Notes under the pieces: generated by a model
What the model was told of the DNA's origin: nothing
Database searches by the model: none
What the model saw: the letters and a program-made list of their open reading frames with translations, nothing else
Translations under genes and position numbers: made by a program
Shown here: piece after piece, positions 62,521 to 64,000 of the stretch
Numbering within the stretch: the first letter of the stretch is position 1
Layout of the letters: each line of letters begins with the position of its first letter
DNA from: Mobula birostris
Taxonomy: Eukaryota
Direction: 5' to 3'
DNA length: 64,000 bases
NCBI RefSeq assembly: GCF_030028105.1
Contig: NC_092394.1
Span: 42,386,477 to 42,450,476, forward strand

Positions 62521-63568
62521 TGGCTAACCGGAAGACCACAGTCTGTGCAGATTGGTGATAACATATCCTCCTCGCTGATGATCTACACTGGTGCACCTCA
62601 GGAATGTATACTTAGCCCACCGCTCTACTCTCTGTATACACATGACTGTGTGGCTAGGCATAGCTCAAATACCATTTACAAATTTGCTGACGATACAACT
62701 ATTGTTGGTAGAATCTCAGGTGGTGATGAGAGGGCGTACAGGAGTGAGATATGCCAACTAGTGGAGTGGTGCCGCAGCAACAACCTGGCACTCAACGTCA
62801 GTAAGATGGAAGAGCTGATTGTGGACTTCAGGAGGGGTAAGATAAAGGAGCACATACCAATCCTCATAGAGGGATCAGAAGTGGAGAGAGTGATCAGCTT
62901 CAAGTTCCTAGGTGTCAAGATCTCTGAGGATCTAACCTGGTCCTAACATATCGATGTAATCATAAAGAAGGCAAGACAGCGGCTATACATTATTAGGAGT
63001 TTGAAGAGATTTGGCATGTCATCAAATACACTCAAAAAAACTTATGTAGTTGTACCATGAAGAGCATTCTGACAGGCTGCATCACTGTCTGGTATGGAGG
63101 GGCTACTGCACAGGACCGAAAGAAGCTGCAGAAGGTTGTAAATCTAGTCAGCTCCATCTTGGGTACTAGCCTACAAAGTACATCTTTAGGGAGTGGTGTC
63201 TCAGAAAGGCAGCGTCCATTATGAAGGATCTCCAGCACCCAGGGCATGCCTGAAGGCACACACTCAGCGATTCAGGAACAGCTTCTTCCCCTCTGCCATC
63301 CGATTCCTAAATGGACATTGAAGCTTTGGACACTACCTCACTTTTTTTTTAAGTATACAGTATTTCTGTTTTTTGCACATTTTGAAAAATCTATTCAATA
63401 TACGTAATTGATTTACTTGTCTATTTATTATATGTTGTATTTATTACTATTTTTTCTCTCTCTCTGCTAGATTATGTATTGCATTGAACTGCTGCTGCTA
63501 AGTTAACAGTTAACAAATTTCACATCACATGCCGGTGATAATAAACCTGATTCTGGTTCTGATTCTGA
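62521..63568 (+). mobile_element. Rex1/Babar-type LINE, RT to 3' end, with (TCTGAT)n tail, nested in CR1
   Basis: ORF 62545-62946 gives [41 protein letters not shown]. ctgac is duplicated at both junctions, and the host CR1 (SLT|SVV) resumes. Confidence 0.92.
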
Positions 63569-64000
63569 CCTCAGTGGTTAGAAGATGTTGGAGTCCATTA
63601 TTAACGATGAGGTTTCAGGGTACTTGGAGGTCCATTATAGAGTAAGCCAAAGTCAGCATGGTTTCCTAAAGGGAAGATCTTTTTTGACAAATCTGTTGGA
63701 ATTCTCTGATGAAGTAACAGGCAAGATAGACAAGGGAAAGTCAGTGGATGGTATTTACTTGGATTTTTGAAAGGCCTTTGACAAGGTTTCACAAATGAAG
63801 CTGCTGAACAATTTAAGAGCCCATGGTATTACAGAAAAAGTACTTGCATGGATAGAAGAGTGTCTCATTGGCTGGAGCCAAAGAGTGGGAATAAAGGGTG
63901 CCTTTTCTAGTTGGCTTGCCAGTGGTGTACTACAGGGGTCAGTATTGATACTGCTTCTTTTCACAGTCTCTTACATCTCTGGTGTATAAATCTTCCTGCC

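Larger units (their letters stand above)
59720..64000 (+). mobile_element. CR1 LINE retaining 5' UTR and ORF1 (zinc finger, SGNH esterase) and parts of ORF2, carrying three nested insertions; runs off the window
   Basis: VVCFFCEI..DNYICTTC (59993-60070), IVIGDSIV..VFCLPSARV.NV..EGEQPELVIHV|.TND, VMGDFN (endonuclease), and SQHGFLKGRS.LTNLLEF.DEVT..IDKG.SVD.IYLDF (RT). Confidence 0.88.

Overview
Vertebrate genomic DNA, not prokaryotic. The CR1/HER1-type LINEs, Rex1-type LINEs and Penelope terminal repeats suggest a cartilaginous fish, probably a ray or skate; this is inference. The window lies inside one + strand gene, TMEM132E-like. I can support two internal coding exons (32444-32649 and 41499-41775), with canonical AG/GT sites and matching phase. 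The rest is intron, densely filled with transposable elements: many Rex1/Babar and CR1 LINE fragments, often nested; an RTE fragment; Penelope-like elements with GIY-YIG remnants and decayed hammerhead-ribozyme termini; a tRNA-derived SINE; a full-length frameshifted IR/DR Tc1; Tc1, mariner and Tigger derivatives; a solo LTR; and a BEL/Pao relic. The most notable object is a two-LTR endogenous retrovirus (27360-30400). It has a 5-bp TSD, a tRNA-Ser PBS, an ERV-L-type gag motif and a gamma-type env CX6CC motif, and no recognisable pol. All assignments are by eye. Boundaries of old repeats are approximate, and no database search was run. Most ORFs in the supplied track are repeat fragments or chance ORFs.
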